From positions 2,515 to 66,514 of the forward strand of contig CAZNTN010000007.1 of the NCBI GenBank assembly GCA_964575995.1: a DNA stretch of 64,000 nt. The letters run 5' to 3'. The position numbers and the translations under genes are program-made. Of this stretch, positions 1-9,587 are shown in pieces; within the stretch, counting starts at the first letter, position 1, and every line of letters begins with the position of its first letter. Origin of the DNA: an uncultured Melioribacter sp. GTDB lineage: Bacteria; Bacteroidota; Ignavibacteria; Ignavibacteriales; Melioribacteraceae. The notes below the pieces were generated by a model, which was not told the DNA's origin, ran no database searches, and saw nothing but the letters and a program-made list of their open reading frames with translations.

Positions 1-1
1 T

Positions 2-1402
2 CATAAGCGGGATGATTTTAAGCCCTACTTAATTAAGAGTGAAGACAAAGGTGTTACATGGAAATCTATTGCAGGAAATTTACCGGCTAACGGAGCAGTT
101 AATACAATAGTAGAGGATCCAGAAAACCCCAAACTGCTTTTTGTAGGCACAGAATGGGGCGTTTTCTTTACGGTTGAAGGTGGAGAAGGAACGACTCGGT
201 GGATTCAGCTTAAAGCCGGAATTCCGCTAGTAAAAGTGCCAGATATAGTTATTCAAGAGAGAGAAAAAGATTTAGTTGTTGCTACTTTTGGACGCGGTTT
301 TTACATCTTAGATGATTACTCGTCGTTACGTACCGTTTCTAAAGAATTGCTCGAAAAAGAATCTCATCTTTTTCCAATAAAAGATGCATTGATGTACGTT
401 CCAAGAGGAAGAGGCGGTTCCTTCGGCTCATCATATTACCGCGCTCCTAACCCAGAGTTTGGTGCAACTTTTACTTACTACATTAAAGAAGCGCCAAAAA
501 CATTAAAGGCAGAACGTAAAGAAAAAGAGAAAGCTGCCGCAAAAGAGAACAAACCTATTCCACAACCTACTCTTGAAGCACTTCGAGAGGAATCTTTAGA
601 AATTGCTCCATACTTAGTTTTTACTATAACTAATGAAGAAGGTGAAGTTGTACGTAAGATTAACAAATCTGCTTCAAGCGGATTAAGCAGGGTAACGTGG
701 GATTTACGAAGCGAAGGAACATCGCCAGTAACAGCGGAAAAATTTGAGCCTATTGCTCAAGCGAGCCGTGGAAGATTTGGCGGCGGGAACATTGGTGCTT
801 TAGTTTTACCGGGCAAGTACAAGGTTTCAATTTTGCTTGTTTCAAGATTTCAAGAAAAAGAACTTACGGCATCGGCAGAATTTAATGTAGCTGCTTTGAA
901 TAATACTACTATACCGGCAGGCAGCAGAGAAGAATTAGTCGCGTTTCAAACTGAAGCCGCCGAGTTAGCACGCACTGCTTTAGGTGCACAGCGTTTAGCA
1001 GAGGAGCTTGCTAAAAAAGTTGAAGCAATTAAACAAGCAATTAACAATTCGCCGCAAGGACAAGTATCTTTAATAAGCAGAGCAAACGAAATCAGCCGCG
1101 ATATTGATAAAATTATTGTTGCCTTCCGCGGTTTAGAAAGCAAAGCTGCAAGCGCAGAAGAAATTCCTCCATCTCATGTAACTTTAAGTTCGCGTATTTC
1201 TACAATGCTGCATACTTCTATGCGTACTACAACCAACATAACCAGGAACGAAAAGGTTGCTTATCAAACTCTGTACGAAGAAATTCAGCCTATACTGGAT
1301 CTACTAAAGAAGATAAGAGAAGTAGATATTCCTATGCTTGAAGAAACTTTAGAAAAAATTAATGCACCGTGGACACCCGGAAGAATGCCTAAATTGAAAT
1401 AG
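2..1402 (+). CDS. C-terminal part of a VPS10/BNR-repeat 'glycosyl hydrolase' protein (5' truncated by window edge)
   Basis: Frame is open from position 2 (HKRDDFKPYLIKSEDKGVTW, an Asp-box-like motif). Contains DLVVATFGRGFYILDD, typical of this family. The 236 GTG start is internal. Confidence 0.8.
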   Translation, partial: HKRDDFKPYLIKSEDKGVTWKSIAGNLPANGAVNTIVEDPENPKLLFVGTEWGVFFTVEGGEGTTRWIQLKAGIPLVKVPDIVIQEREKDLVVATFGRGFYILDDYSSLRTVSKELLEKESHLFPIKDALMYVPRGRGGSFGSSYYRAPNPEFGATFTYYIKEAPKTLKAERKEKEKAAAKENKPIPQPTLEALREESLEIAPYLVFTITNEEGEVVRKINKSASSGLSRVTWDLRSEGTSPVTAEKFEPIAQASRGRFGGGNIGALVLPGKYKVSILLVSRFQEKELTASAEFNVAALNNTTIPAGSREELVAFQTEAAELARTALGAQRLAEELAKKVEAIKQAINNSPQGQVSLISRANEISRDIDKIIVAFRGLESKAASAEEIPPSHVTLSSRISTMLHTSMRTTTNITRNEKVAYQTLYEEIQPILDLLKKIREVDIPMLEETLEKINAPWTPGRMPKLK

Positions 1403-1410
1403 CGGCATGG

Positions 1411-1442
1411 AAAAAAAATCCCGCCAAGTGCGGGATTTTTTT
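1411..1442. terminator. Bidirectional intrinsic terminator
   Basis: A-tract-TCCCGC-caagt-GCGGGA-T-tract between convergent genes. Confidence 0.8.
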
Positions 1443-1824
1443 ATTGTGGCAAGTATTTTTTAATTGTTGCTCTCAGCTCTTCTCTTGTAAACGGTTTAGC
1501 AAGGTAATGATCGAAACCGGCTTGCAGAAATTCCTCTTTATCACCTTTCATTGCAAATGCTGTAATTGCAATAATTGGTACTTTGGCATAGTTTGGTCTC
1601 TGTTTCAAGTTTTTTGTTATGTCTATTCCTGTTAGTCCGCGCCCTAAGTTAACATCCATCAACACCAAATCATATTGATTATTATCTGCCTTATCCAAGG
1701 CTGTCTGACCGTTACGCGCTTCATCTATATCAAAAAGATTTTTCAAAAAGAGAATAAGAACATCTCTCGATATTTCATCATCTTCAACTACAAGTATTTT
1801 TTTCTTCACTGTTACTTCGTTCAT
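1441..1824 (-). CDS. Single-domain response regulator (CheY-like)
   Basis: ILVVEDD, LVLMDVNL (phospho-Asp), AITA and YLAKPF motifs. Confidence 0.92.
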   Translation of the reverse strand: MNEVTVKKKILVVEDDEISRDVLILFLKNLFDIDEARNGQTALDKADNNQYDLVLMDVNLGRGLTGIDITKNLKQRPNYAKVPIIAITAFAMKGDKEEFLQAGFDHYLAKPFTREELRATIKKYLPQ

Positions 1825-2033
1825 TTATATACCAAAATGGATTTGTTCAACTCGTTTCTATAAATTTCCCTTTATTTCTGATGTTATTCTAAGATAAATA
1901 AAGGATAAATACTATTTGAATCTTAAATAACCAAATCTTACCGGTTTTATTATCGAGACCTTGCAGATTTATTTTAGGCAATTGTAACTCAACAACTTAA
2001 TATTTGTTAAGTTCAATCCCGCAAATTAATTCC

Positions 2034-2095
2034 TAACTCACCTTACGACAGAGAGACTTAACGTCTTAAAACAGGTTTCTGCGTATTGTGAGTTC
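2034..2095. repeat. Solo copy of a ~62-bp dispersed element (TAACTCAC...GTGAGTT ends)
   Basis: Similar to units at 47307-47368, 47605-47666, 50259-50319 and 50556-50618; shared AAACAGGTTTC core. Confidence 0.7.
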
Positions 2096-2214
2096 TTAAT
2101 TGTTTTTTGAGGTTTAACACAAATTGGTTATTAGAAATTCACTCATGCTATAAAAAAATACTATCGAAATGGCAAAGTGAATTTTCTTGGACAGATTTCC
2201 ATGCTTGGTAAAAA

Positions 2215-2670
2215 TTAATGCGCGTTAATTTTGAAGCGTACACGAAGCATGCCATTATCGAAGCTTGAAGAAACGATCTTAAATGTGCCAATTTCATTAG
2301 TTGATTTAACATGCGTTCCGCTGCAAAGGCACCTATCGTAATTGCCTATTGTAATAACCCGCAAAGTATTGCCGGCTTCATCTGGCAGGTTTGATAAACT
2401 AAATTCTCTTTCTGCTTCGTTTCTATCCAAGAAACTTTCGCTTACGTTCATATCTGCAATTATTACAGTATTTACTTTTTCTTCAATTGCTGCAATTTCT
2501 TCTTCTGTTAGATTACGTGAAAAATGATAATCGCATTTAGATTTTTTCTTTTCGATATGTGCGCTGAATGCCCTTCCACAGCCAAACATTTGGTTTATTG
2601 TTCCATTAAGAATATGCTCGGCGGTATGCATTGGCTCATAATAGAATTTTGGGTTTTCGTTGTATTTCAC
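2215..2670 (-). CDS. Free-standing alanyl-tRNA editing protein (AlaX-like, tRNA_SAD)
   Basis: HTAEH (HxxxH) and CSGTH (CxxxH) zinc motifs; GTG start. Confidence 0.8.
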   Translation of the reverse strand: MKYNENPKFYYEPMHTAEHILNGTINQMFGCGRAFSAHIEKKKSKCDYHFSRNLTEEEIAAIEEKVNTVIIADMNVSESFLDRNEAEREFSLSNLPDEAGNTLRVITIGNYDRCLCSGTHVKSTNEIGTFKIVSSSFDNGMLRVRFKINAH

Positions 2671-2684
2671 TTTGTAACTCGATT

Positions 2685-2789
2685 CTGGATGCTGGATACT
2701 GGATGCTGGATACTGGATGCTGGATGCTGGATGCTGGATACTGGATACTGGATGCTGGATACTGGATACTTGATATTGGATACTGGAAA
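2685..2789. repeat. Heptamer tandem repeat (CTGGATR) x15
   Basis: Directly visible; last three units degenerate. Confidence 0.97.
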
Positions 2790-2904
2790 TTTAGTATTGC
2801 TAATCGAAATGGCGTAGGCAAAAATTAATTCTAATTCATGCTCTAGCTATTAATCTAACTCTTCACTTGTTCATGCATTAACTACAAGCAAGATGTTACG
2901 AAAA

Positions 2905-5106
2905 CTAATCTTTATTTACATCCAATTCTCTTCCAAGTAGATGCTTAAACCAAAATTGATTTTTAATTTTGGTTACATGCGGCAAGCCAATTCCATGCCG
3001 GAAGTTAGGGTAGAACATCATTTCAAAATCTTTGTTGTGCTTTTGCAATTCAGTAACAAGCTGTACAGAATTTTGCAGATGCACATTATCATCGGTAGTT
3101 CCGTGTGTAATAAGAAGTTTGCCTTTGTATTTATCAACATAATTGAGCACAGAACCGGCTTTATAACCATCCGGATTTTCTGCTGGTGTATCCATATATC
3201 TTTCTGTATAAACATTGTCATACAGTTTCCAATCCATTACTCCATACTCTGCAATTCCGTGTGTAAACAGATTGGCAGCTTTAGTTAAAGCCAAAGCAGC
3301 AACATAACCGCCGTAACTTCCGCCAATAATTCCAATTCGTGTTGAATCGATAAATGATTTTGTTTTAAGCCAATTAACTGCGGCAGAATAATCATTGATT
3401 TCCCATTTACCAAGGCAGCGGTGCATGTAAGCCTGCCCTTTTTTGCCAAAGTGTCCGGAGCCACGGTGATCTACAGAAATAAAAATTATTCCCTGCTGTG
3501 CAAAGTAACTTTGGCTCAATCCGGTTGAATAAGAATTTCTTACCGAGCTGCTGTTTGGTCCGCCATAAATGCTAATTATTACAGCATACTTTTTGTTCGA
3601 ATCAAACTCGGCAGGGAGCCACCATACTGCGGGTAATTCAAAACCATCTCCGGTAGGAATTCTGAACAACTCTGGCTTTGCCATTGCGTATTCATCATAT
3701 TGTGTGTTCTTTGCATCGCTAAGTGTTTTTATTAACTTACCATTAATGGAATACAATTCGCTCTTGGCTGGCGTTGATATATTGCTGTAAGAATCAATAT
3801 AATATTTAGCCTTTGGAGAAACCGATACTGTATGCTGACCAGGAGTTGTTGTTATCTGTTTTAAGTTTTTTCCATCTAAATCAACTACGCACAAATATCT
3901 ATCTGTGCTGTTTTTAAGCGGAGTGTGAAAGTAAACTTTCTGGCTGGTTTCATCTACTAATGCAATGTTTGTTACCTGCCAATCACCGTGAGTTACTCTT
4001 TTTATCAGCTTACCGTTCAAATCGTAATAGTAAAGATGATCCCAGCCATCAACATTTGATCTTAACAAGAATCCGGTTTTGTTTTCAAAGAAGTATAAAT
4101 CTTCAAACCATTCAACCCATTCTTTCTGTTTTTCATTGTAGAGTTCGATTTTCTTTCCGGAGTTAGTATCAATCCAATAAATGATGATGTTGTCATGCGC
4201 ACGGTTCATCCACTGAACTGTTAGACGATTGTCTTTAGTCCATGTTGGCCACGCAATGTAGTGGTCTGCCTTTTCATCAAAATCTGCCCAGGTAATATTT
4301 CCATCGGCAGTATTAGCAATTCCAAATTTTACATAAGGATTAGGATCGCCTGCTTTTGGATAGCGCTGGCGTTCAAGCTTTCCGTGTTGTCCATCAGCGT
4401 GATAAATTGGAAACTCTGGAACCGGGCTGTCATCAAACCTCAAGAAGCAGATTTTATCACTTTGTGGAGACCACCAGAAAGCCGAGTGAGCAGTTGCTCT
4501 TCCGAGTATTTCTTCCATATAAACCCAGCTTGCCCAGCCGTTGTAAATTAATTCGGCACCATCTTTTGTCAGTTGAGTTTCCTTTTCAAGCTCAATATCA
4601 AAAACATAAAGATTATTCCCTTTTACATAGGCTGCCTTTTTTCCATCTGGTGATAATTGAGGAACTTTCTCTTCAGCATCATCTTTGGTTAGCTGTTTAA
4701 AGGTGTTATCTGGACGAGAATAGTAGTAAAGATTATTTTTAGAATTGAACAGAAAGTAATTATAATCTTTGGATGCAAAAGTTGGGCGGTCAATCGAAAA
4801 ACCTTCAGGCAGTTCAACTGTGCTGTTATCTGCCAAAGGAACCGAAGAACCATCTTTTACATTTGTTTTCATTGGGGCTGGACGCGAACCTGGTTTGGCG
4901 GGGTCAACTTTCATCTCAATAAAATTTTCATCATCCAACCAGTTTATAGTTCTGCCAAAACCCATCATGCCGCGCATTCCGCCGCTTTCAAAAACTTGTT
5001 TGTAAGTAAGTTTCTTTTTTTGTGCAAATATTTGCTGTATAGATAATACGCATATTAAAAGTATTACAACCCAAAAAGCCTGTTTTTTTATCGAGGACAT
5101 TCTCAC
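2905..5106 (-). CDS. Dipeptidyl peptidase IV (S9B), secreted
   Basis: Signal peptide, WVYMEE, RYPKAG, GGSYGG nucleophile elbow, DDNVH. Confidence 0.93.
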   Translation of the reverse strand: MRMSSIKKQAFWVVILLICVLSIQQIFAQKKKLTYKQVFESGGMRGMMGFGRTINWLDDENFIEMKVDPAKPGSRPAPMKTNVKDGSSVPLADNSTVELPEGFSIDRPTFASKDYNYFLFNSKNNLYYYSRPDNTFKQLTKDDAEEKVPQLSPDGKKAAYVKGNNLYVFDIELEKETQLTKDGAELIYNGWASWVYMEEILGRATAHSAFWWSPQSDKICFLRFDDSPVPEFPIYHADGQHGKLERQRYPKAGDPNPYVKFGIANTADGNITWADFDEKADHYIAWPTWTKDNRLTVQWMNRAHDNIIIYWIDTNSGKKIELYNEKQKEWVEWFEDLYFFENKTGFLLRSNVDGWDHLYYYDLNGKLIKRVTHGDWQVTNIALVDETSQKVYFHTPLKNSTDRYLCVVDLDGKNLKQITTTPGQHTVSVSPKAKYYIDSYSNISTPAKSELYSINGKLIKTLSDAKNTQYDEYAMAKPELFRIPTGDGFELPAVWWLPAEFDSNKKYAVIISIYGGPNSSSVRNSYSTGLSQSYFAQQGIIFISVDHRGSGHFGKKGQAYMHRCLGKWEINDYSAAVNWLKTKSFIDSTRIGIIGGSYGGYVAALALTKAANLFTHGIAEYGVMDWKLYDNVYTERYMDTPAENPDGYKAGSVLNYVDKYKGKLLITHGTTDDNVHLQNSVQLVTELQKHNKDFEMMFYPNFRHGIGLPHVTKIKNQFWFKHLLGRELDVNKD

Positions 5107-5247
5107 TCCACACTTTCTATAAATTGTTTTGAAAAACTAAATAATAGCCATTGAAATGGTGTTTGATTTTGAAAATCTCAAATTTTCTTAAGTTTCTCTT
5201 TCCCAAGACAGTTTCAAAAAAACCGCCATGAACTAAACAAACCTTAG

Positions 5248-5916
5248 TTATTCCACTCTTCTTCCCCCTAACCAAACAGTATCTCCAATTTTGGTTGAAG
5301 AAAGAATAATACGTAGCAGTAAGGCAATCGGTGACTGCTGTTTATGAAATCTTTCACCTAATTTATTTCTAATTGCTTCTTCACCAGCGAAGTAGCCTGA
5401 TGTTAGTTCTCGAATATCATCCCAGACATCTGTAACATAAACACCATTTTCTCTTTCTAATTTATAATGTGCTGGTAACGGCGGTGAAATTCTTAAGCGA
5501 TTAAAAACTCTAGGATTCTTTCCCTTAGTAGCAAATGCAATTATTTGATAATGTTTACCGTAACGATTGGCACCGGGGACTGCTGAAGTTTTCTTTTTCC
5601 AAATGATTAAGTTTTGAAAAGTCCACCCAGCTTGTCTTAAACAGCTTAACACAGATTCTGTATTCTTTTCTCTCTGCATAAAATAAATAGCGCCGCCATC
5701 TGAAGTAAGATTAAAAATATCAGCGCAGACTTTTTGCATAATTTCCCAATATTCAGCTTCAGGAAGTTTATCATCCCATGAACTGTATTCTTTATCTTGA
5801 TTAAAAGGTGGATCTAAAAAGGAAAGGTCTATTTTAGTTGATATTGTCTCTTTAGTTAAATGATTGGTACAATCACCTGCAATTAATTTGTAACAGTAGT
5901 TTCCGTTAGATTTCAT
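5248..5916 (-). pseudogene. Beta-class N4/N6 DNA methyltransferase, 3'-truncated
   Basis: DPPF catalytic motif and HKQQSP are present. The protein ends at GDTV-WLGGRRVE exactly where the SAM-binding DPFxGxG motif should begin. Confidence 0.75.
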
Positions 5917-6079
5917 ATTCCAACAATAGTTTAGATGTTTACTGCCAATAAGTTAATAAAAATTACTCCAATTTTTTATGTGTGGAACAAAACTGTCAAA
6001 TTAATAAAGTTCGGCCAATGCAATACTTGTTTTAATTTAGCTAATGCCTAACGGGTAATGCTTATAGCTTTATTCTACC

Positions 6080-7060
6080 TTACCACGCATAAGCTTCCGG
6101 CGCTTGATTTCCTGGACCGGGCCAAATCTCATTTAACTTTACGAGTGTTTCTGCATCGAGTATCAGCTCTAACGATTTAACATTTTGCTCTAACTGCTCA
6201 GCTGTTCTGGGTCCAATTATTGGCGATGTAACAACTGGATTGCTTAGAATCCAAGCTAATGCTGTATCAGCCGGAGTTTGATGTATCTGCCTGCATAAGT
6301 TTTCGTAAGCCTCAATTTGCGGAAAAAGTTTCTCAACAGATTTTTGAAGAGGCTCCCTATTTCTTCTTCCAACTTTTTGTTTATCGAGAACGCCGCAAAG
6401 AATTCCGCCGCCAAGCGGGCTCCAAGGAATTAAACCCAAGCCAAAATGCTTACAAGCAGGTATAACTTCGAGCTCAACGTTTCTGTTTCTTAAGCTATAA
6501 ATACTTTGCTCAGAAATTAAACCAAGAAAATTTCTTTGCTTGGCAATCATCTGCGCTTCTGCAATATTCCATGCGGCAAAGTTACTGCTGCCAACGTATA
6601 TAACTTTTCCTTCTCTAACCAACTGCTCCATCGCCTGAAAAATTTCTTCCCAAGGAGTTTCTCTATCAATATGGTGCATCTGGTAGAGATCAAGATGGTC
6701 TGTTTTCATTCTTCTCAAACTATCTTCGCATGCTTTGCGTATATGATATGCAGAAAGTTTAGATTGATTTGGCGCTGTTCCCATTCTTCCGTAAACTTTT
6801 GTAGCCAAAACTATTTTATCCCGCCTGCTTTTATCTTCTGTTAGCCAGCTGCCAATAATTTTCTCTGTTTCCCCTAATCCGCTTGGATTATCTAATCCGC
6901 CGTAAACATTTGCTGTATCAAAAAAATTTATGCCGAGCTCCAATGCGCGGTTCATAATGCTAAAACTTTCCCCTTCTGGCGTATAAGTACCAAAGTTCAT
7001 TGTTCCAAGACAAAGACGGCTAACCTTTAACCCGCTTCTGCCAAGATTTACATATTCCAT
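6080..7060 (-). CDS. Aldo/keto reductase
   Basis: LGRSGLKVSRLCLGTMNFG, DTANVY, LATKV, DLYQMH. Confidence 0.93.
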   Translation of the reverse strand: MEYVNLGRSGLKVSRLCLGTMNFGTYTPEGESFSIMNRALELGINFFDTANVYGGLDNPSGLGETEKIIGSWLTEDKSRRDKIVLATKVYGRMGTAPNQSKLSAYHIRKACEDSLRRMKTDHLDLYQMHHIDRETPWEEIFQAMEQLVREGKVIYVGSSNFAAWNIAEAQMIAKQRNFLGLISEQSIYSLRNRNVELEVIPACKHFGLGLIPWSPLGGGILCGVLDKQKVGRRNREPLQKSVEKLFPQIEAYENLCRQIHQTPADTALAWILSNPVVTSPIIGPRTAEQLEQNVKSLELILDAETLVKLNEIWPGPGNQAPEAYAW

Positions 7061-7140
7061 ATTGCTCCTTTATATATGCTATTCCAAATCTATAAAAGAA
7101 TTTATTCTTTTGTAACTTAGAAGTAAGAATTAGGCTTTTT

Positions 7141-7620
7141 ATGAAAACAAATTTTTATCTCCTCTCGTTTATTATTTCTATTGTTTTTTTATTCTCTTGT
7201 TCCGAACAAGCTAATCCAATTCCTACTAAAATTGCCGGCTATCAACTTACAAAGGTAATTAAAGGAGATGAAGCAATAGACTTTGTCAATAGACTTCATA
7301 TTAATTCTGTTACTGCCGAGAAGAACGAAATTGCTTTTTACAGATTTAACAATAAAGAAGCAGTTATATATGTAACTTTTTATAACAACGAACTCGATGC
7401 ATATCAAAACTTAGATAAGATGACGAAAAAGATTTCTCCGCAAAATTCGGTTTTTGAAAAAGGGAGCTTCCTAAACATCAACGGGAAAAGAGTTTATCAG
7501 ACTTTTGGGTTAGGACAAAGCCATTTTGTTTTTACTCATAAGAGTTTACTATTTTGGCTCTCGGCAGAAACAGTTTCTGCAAAAGAATTTTTGAATAGTT
7601 ATTTGGAATATCTTGATTGA
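7141..7620 (+). CDS. Hypothetical lipoprotein
   Basis: Hydrophobic N-terminus with lipobox LFSC. Confidence 0.7.
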   Translation: MKTNFYLLSFIISIVFLFSCSEQANPIPTKIAGYQLTKVIKGDEAIDFVNRLHINSVTAEKNEIAFYRFNNKEAVIYVTFYNNELDAYQNLDKMTKKISPQNSVFEKGSFLNINGKRVYQTFGLGQSHFVFTHKSLLFWLSAETVSAKEFLNSYLEYLD

Positions 7621-7792
7621 TTTTGAATACTTTTTACTTAGAAGCTGCGAATTAGAAGTTTTCTCTTTAACGCAATAGTTGTATGTAAAAACACTTTGAG
7701 CTAAACTCGCAAAGAATTAGGTTAACCCAGAATATCCTAAAGGAAAAAGCTGGGGTTAAGAAAGCGTTAAATTATTTATACACGGAGGTTTC

Positions 7793-8206
7793 ATGGATCA
7801 ATTCGATGAATTAAATATCAGTTCTGAGCCATTGCAAACAATTAAACCGCCAAGCTATTTTCAAATTATCTTTGATAAGATGACAGCAGATATGCGTTTT
7901 GTTGGTCTTTTCACAATTATTTACGGTGTACTTTCTTGTTTAACAATTATAGGCGCAATTGTAGGTGTGCCTACAATAATAATTGGTTTACGCATACGAG
8001 AGGCAGCCGATCAATTTTCGATTTATAAAATGACAAACAACGCTGCTTCGCTTAGACAAGCATTTGAACTGCAAGGCAGGTACTTTCGTTTAATTAAGAT
8101 ACTAATTATCATTGGCTTGGTTCTTACAGCACTTTACATAGTTTTTATTATTTATCTATTTACTTCAGGGTTAGGTGCTTTACTAACATCGCCATCTTAC
8201 AGTTAG
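7793..8206 (+). CDS. DUF5362-like membrane protein
   Basis: GGAGG RBS; MRFVGLFTIIYGVLSCLTIIGAIVGVP pattern; three hydrophobic segments. Confidence 0.7.
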   Translation: MDQFDELNISSEPLQTIKPPSYFQIIFDKMTADMRFVGLFTIIYGVLSCLTIIGAIVGVPTIIIGLRIREAADQFSIYKMTNNAASLRQAFELQGRYFRLIKILIIIGLVLTALYIVFIIYLFTSGLGALLTSPSYS

Positions 8207-8221
8207 AATAGGAAAAATCTA

Positions 8222-8857
8222 TTGAAAAAGAGAGATAAAGAAAGTATGCTCCGCTTGGCGTACATACTTTCTATTATTACAGTTTTCTATAATATAGCAG
8301 AAGGATTAATCTCCGTAACTATCGGTTACGAAGATGAAACTCTTTCTCTTTTCGGCTTCGGTGTAGATTCGTTTGTAGAGGTTTTTTCTGGAATCGGAAT
8401 TTTGCATATGCTTATCCGTATCAAAGCAAACGGAGATGAAAATAGAGATGAATTTGAGAAAACAGCATTAAAAATTACCGGCAGCGGGTTTTATATTCTT
8501 ACTGCAAGTTTAGTTGTAACTTCTCTTTATAATTTTGTTACTAACCACAAACCGGAAACCACGTTTTGGGGAATTGTCATTTCCCTTGTTTCGATAGCAA
8601 CAATGTCTTTGCTTATCAAATATAAAATGATTGCAGGAAAAGCCATCAACTCTGCCGCCATTATTGCCGATGCTAACTGCACAAAAACATGTCTTTATCT
8701 TTCATTAATTCTTTTAGTTTCGAGTGCTGGTTATGAGCTAACAGGTTTTGGAAGAATTGATTCTTTAGGAGCTTTGGCTATTGCTTATTTTTCTTTTAAG
8801 GAAGGAAGAGAGGCTTTTGGAAAAGTAAGATCCGGAAAGAATTGCACCTGCGTTTAA
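8222..8857 (+). CDS. Cation efflux (CDF-like) transporter
   Basis: YNIAEG, FGFGVDSFVEV and AIIADA motifs; ~6 TM; Cys-rich tail; TTG start. Confidence 0.8.
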   Translation: MKKRDKESMLRLAYILSIITVFYNIAEGLISVTIGYEDETLSLFGFGVDSFVEVFSGIGILHMLIRIKANGDENRDEFEKTALKITGSGFYILTASLVVTSLYNFVTNHKPETTFWGIVISLVSIATMSLLIKYKMIAGKAINSAAIIADANCTKTCLYLSLILLVSSAGYELTGFGRIDSLGALAIAYFSFKEGREAFGKVRSGKNCTCV

Positions 8858-9002
8858 CATGCCGTAACTAAAAAGAATAAAGAAACACTGGCTTACCCAA
8901 AAAATTATTAGACTTGCCAACAGCATGCTGGCGAGAAATTTGGGATTATGATTAGTAATCTAGTTCTGTTATATTTTGCTGTGCAAGCAAAGGGCATTTT
9001 TT

Positions 9003-9512
9003 ATGTACAAACTTTTATTAGTCTTTTCAATTTTTCTTTTGGTAATGGCTTTTATTTCTTGCGATAAAGGGATTGAGCCGGTTGATGGAATAAGCGCTTT
9101 TAGCGGGAAAATAATTTTTGATGGCGCTTGGCCTCAAGGAATTAAAAGAACACATTTAGTTGTGTTTAGGGAAGCAATTAAAAGTGTTAACGATTTTTCC
9201 GCATCCAACTTAAGTTTTGTGCTCGATACTATTCCTTACGGAACAAAAGAATTCAATTATAATTCTACGGAAATGCAATACAGTTCAATTTTTTCTATTA
9301 AACCAGGCAGCCACAAATACGTTGTAGTAGCTCAATCTAAAACGCCCGAACTTACTCTTAACCGCTTAGATTGGACGGTAGTTGGTGTTTACTGCGAAAC
9401 AGGCAATCAAGCCAAGCCCAAAACAGTAATAATAAACACAGGAAGAACAACAACAGGCGTAGATATTAAGGTCGATTTTCAGAATCCACCGCCGCAGCCG
9501 CCTATGGAGTAA
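9003..9512 (+). CDS. Hypothetical lipoprotein upstream of TonB receptor
   Basis: ATG at 9003, lipobox FISC, Pro-rich C-terminus. Confidence 0.7.
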   Translation: MYKLLLVFSIFLLVMAFISCDKGIEPVDGISAFSGKIIFDGAWPQGIKRTHLVVFREAIKSVNDFSASNLSFVLDTIPYGTKEFNYNSTEMQYSSIFSIKPGSHKYVVVAQSKTPELTLNRLDWTVVGVYCETGNQAKPKTVIINTGRTTTGVDIKVDFQNPPPQPPME

Positions 9513-9587
9513 TTGAAAATTGATAATGGAGAACTTGTCCGCCGTCAGCTTGGCGGATTTAGAATTAAAAATTGGAATGATGAAATA

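Noticed and set aside
236..238. GTG start for the first gene
   Set aside because: The frame is open to the window edge, so the gene starts upstream.
2524..2828. ORFs with WMLDTG/SIQYPAS repeats, or a CRISPR array
   Set aside because: Translations of the 7-bp tandem repeat; no spacers.
9513..9587. N-terminal extension of the TonB receptor
   Set aside because: Degenerate repeat plus hairpin (TCCGCC/GGCGGA). The signal peptide begins at ATG 9588.
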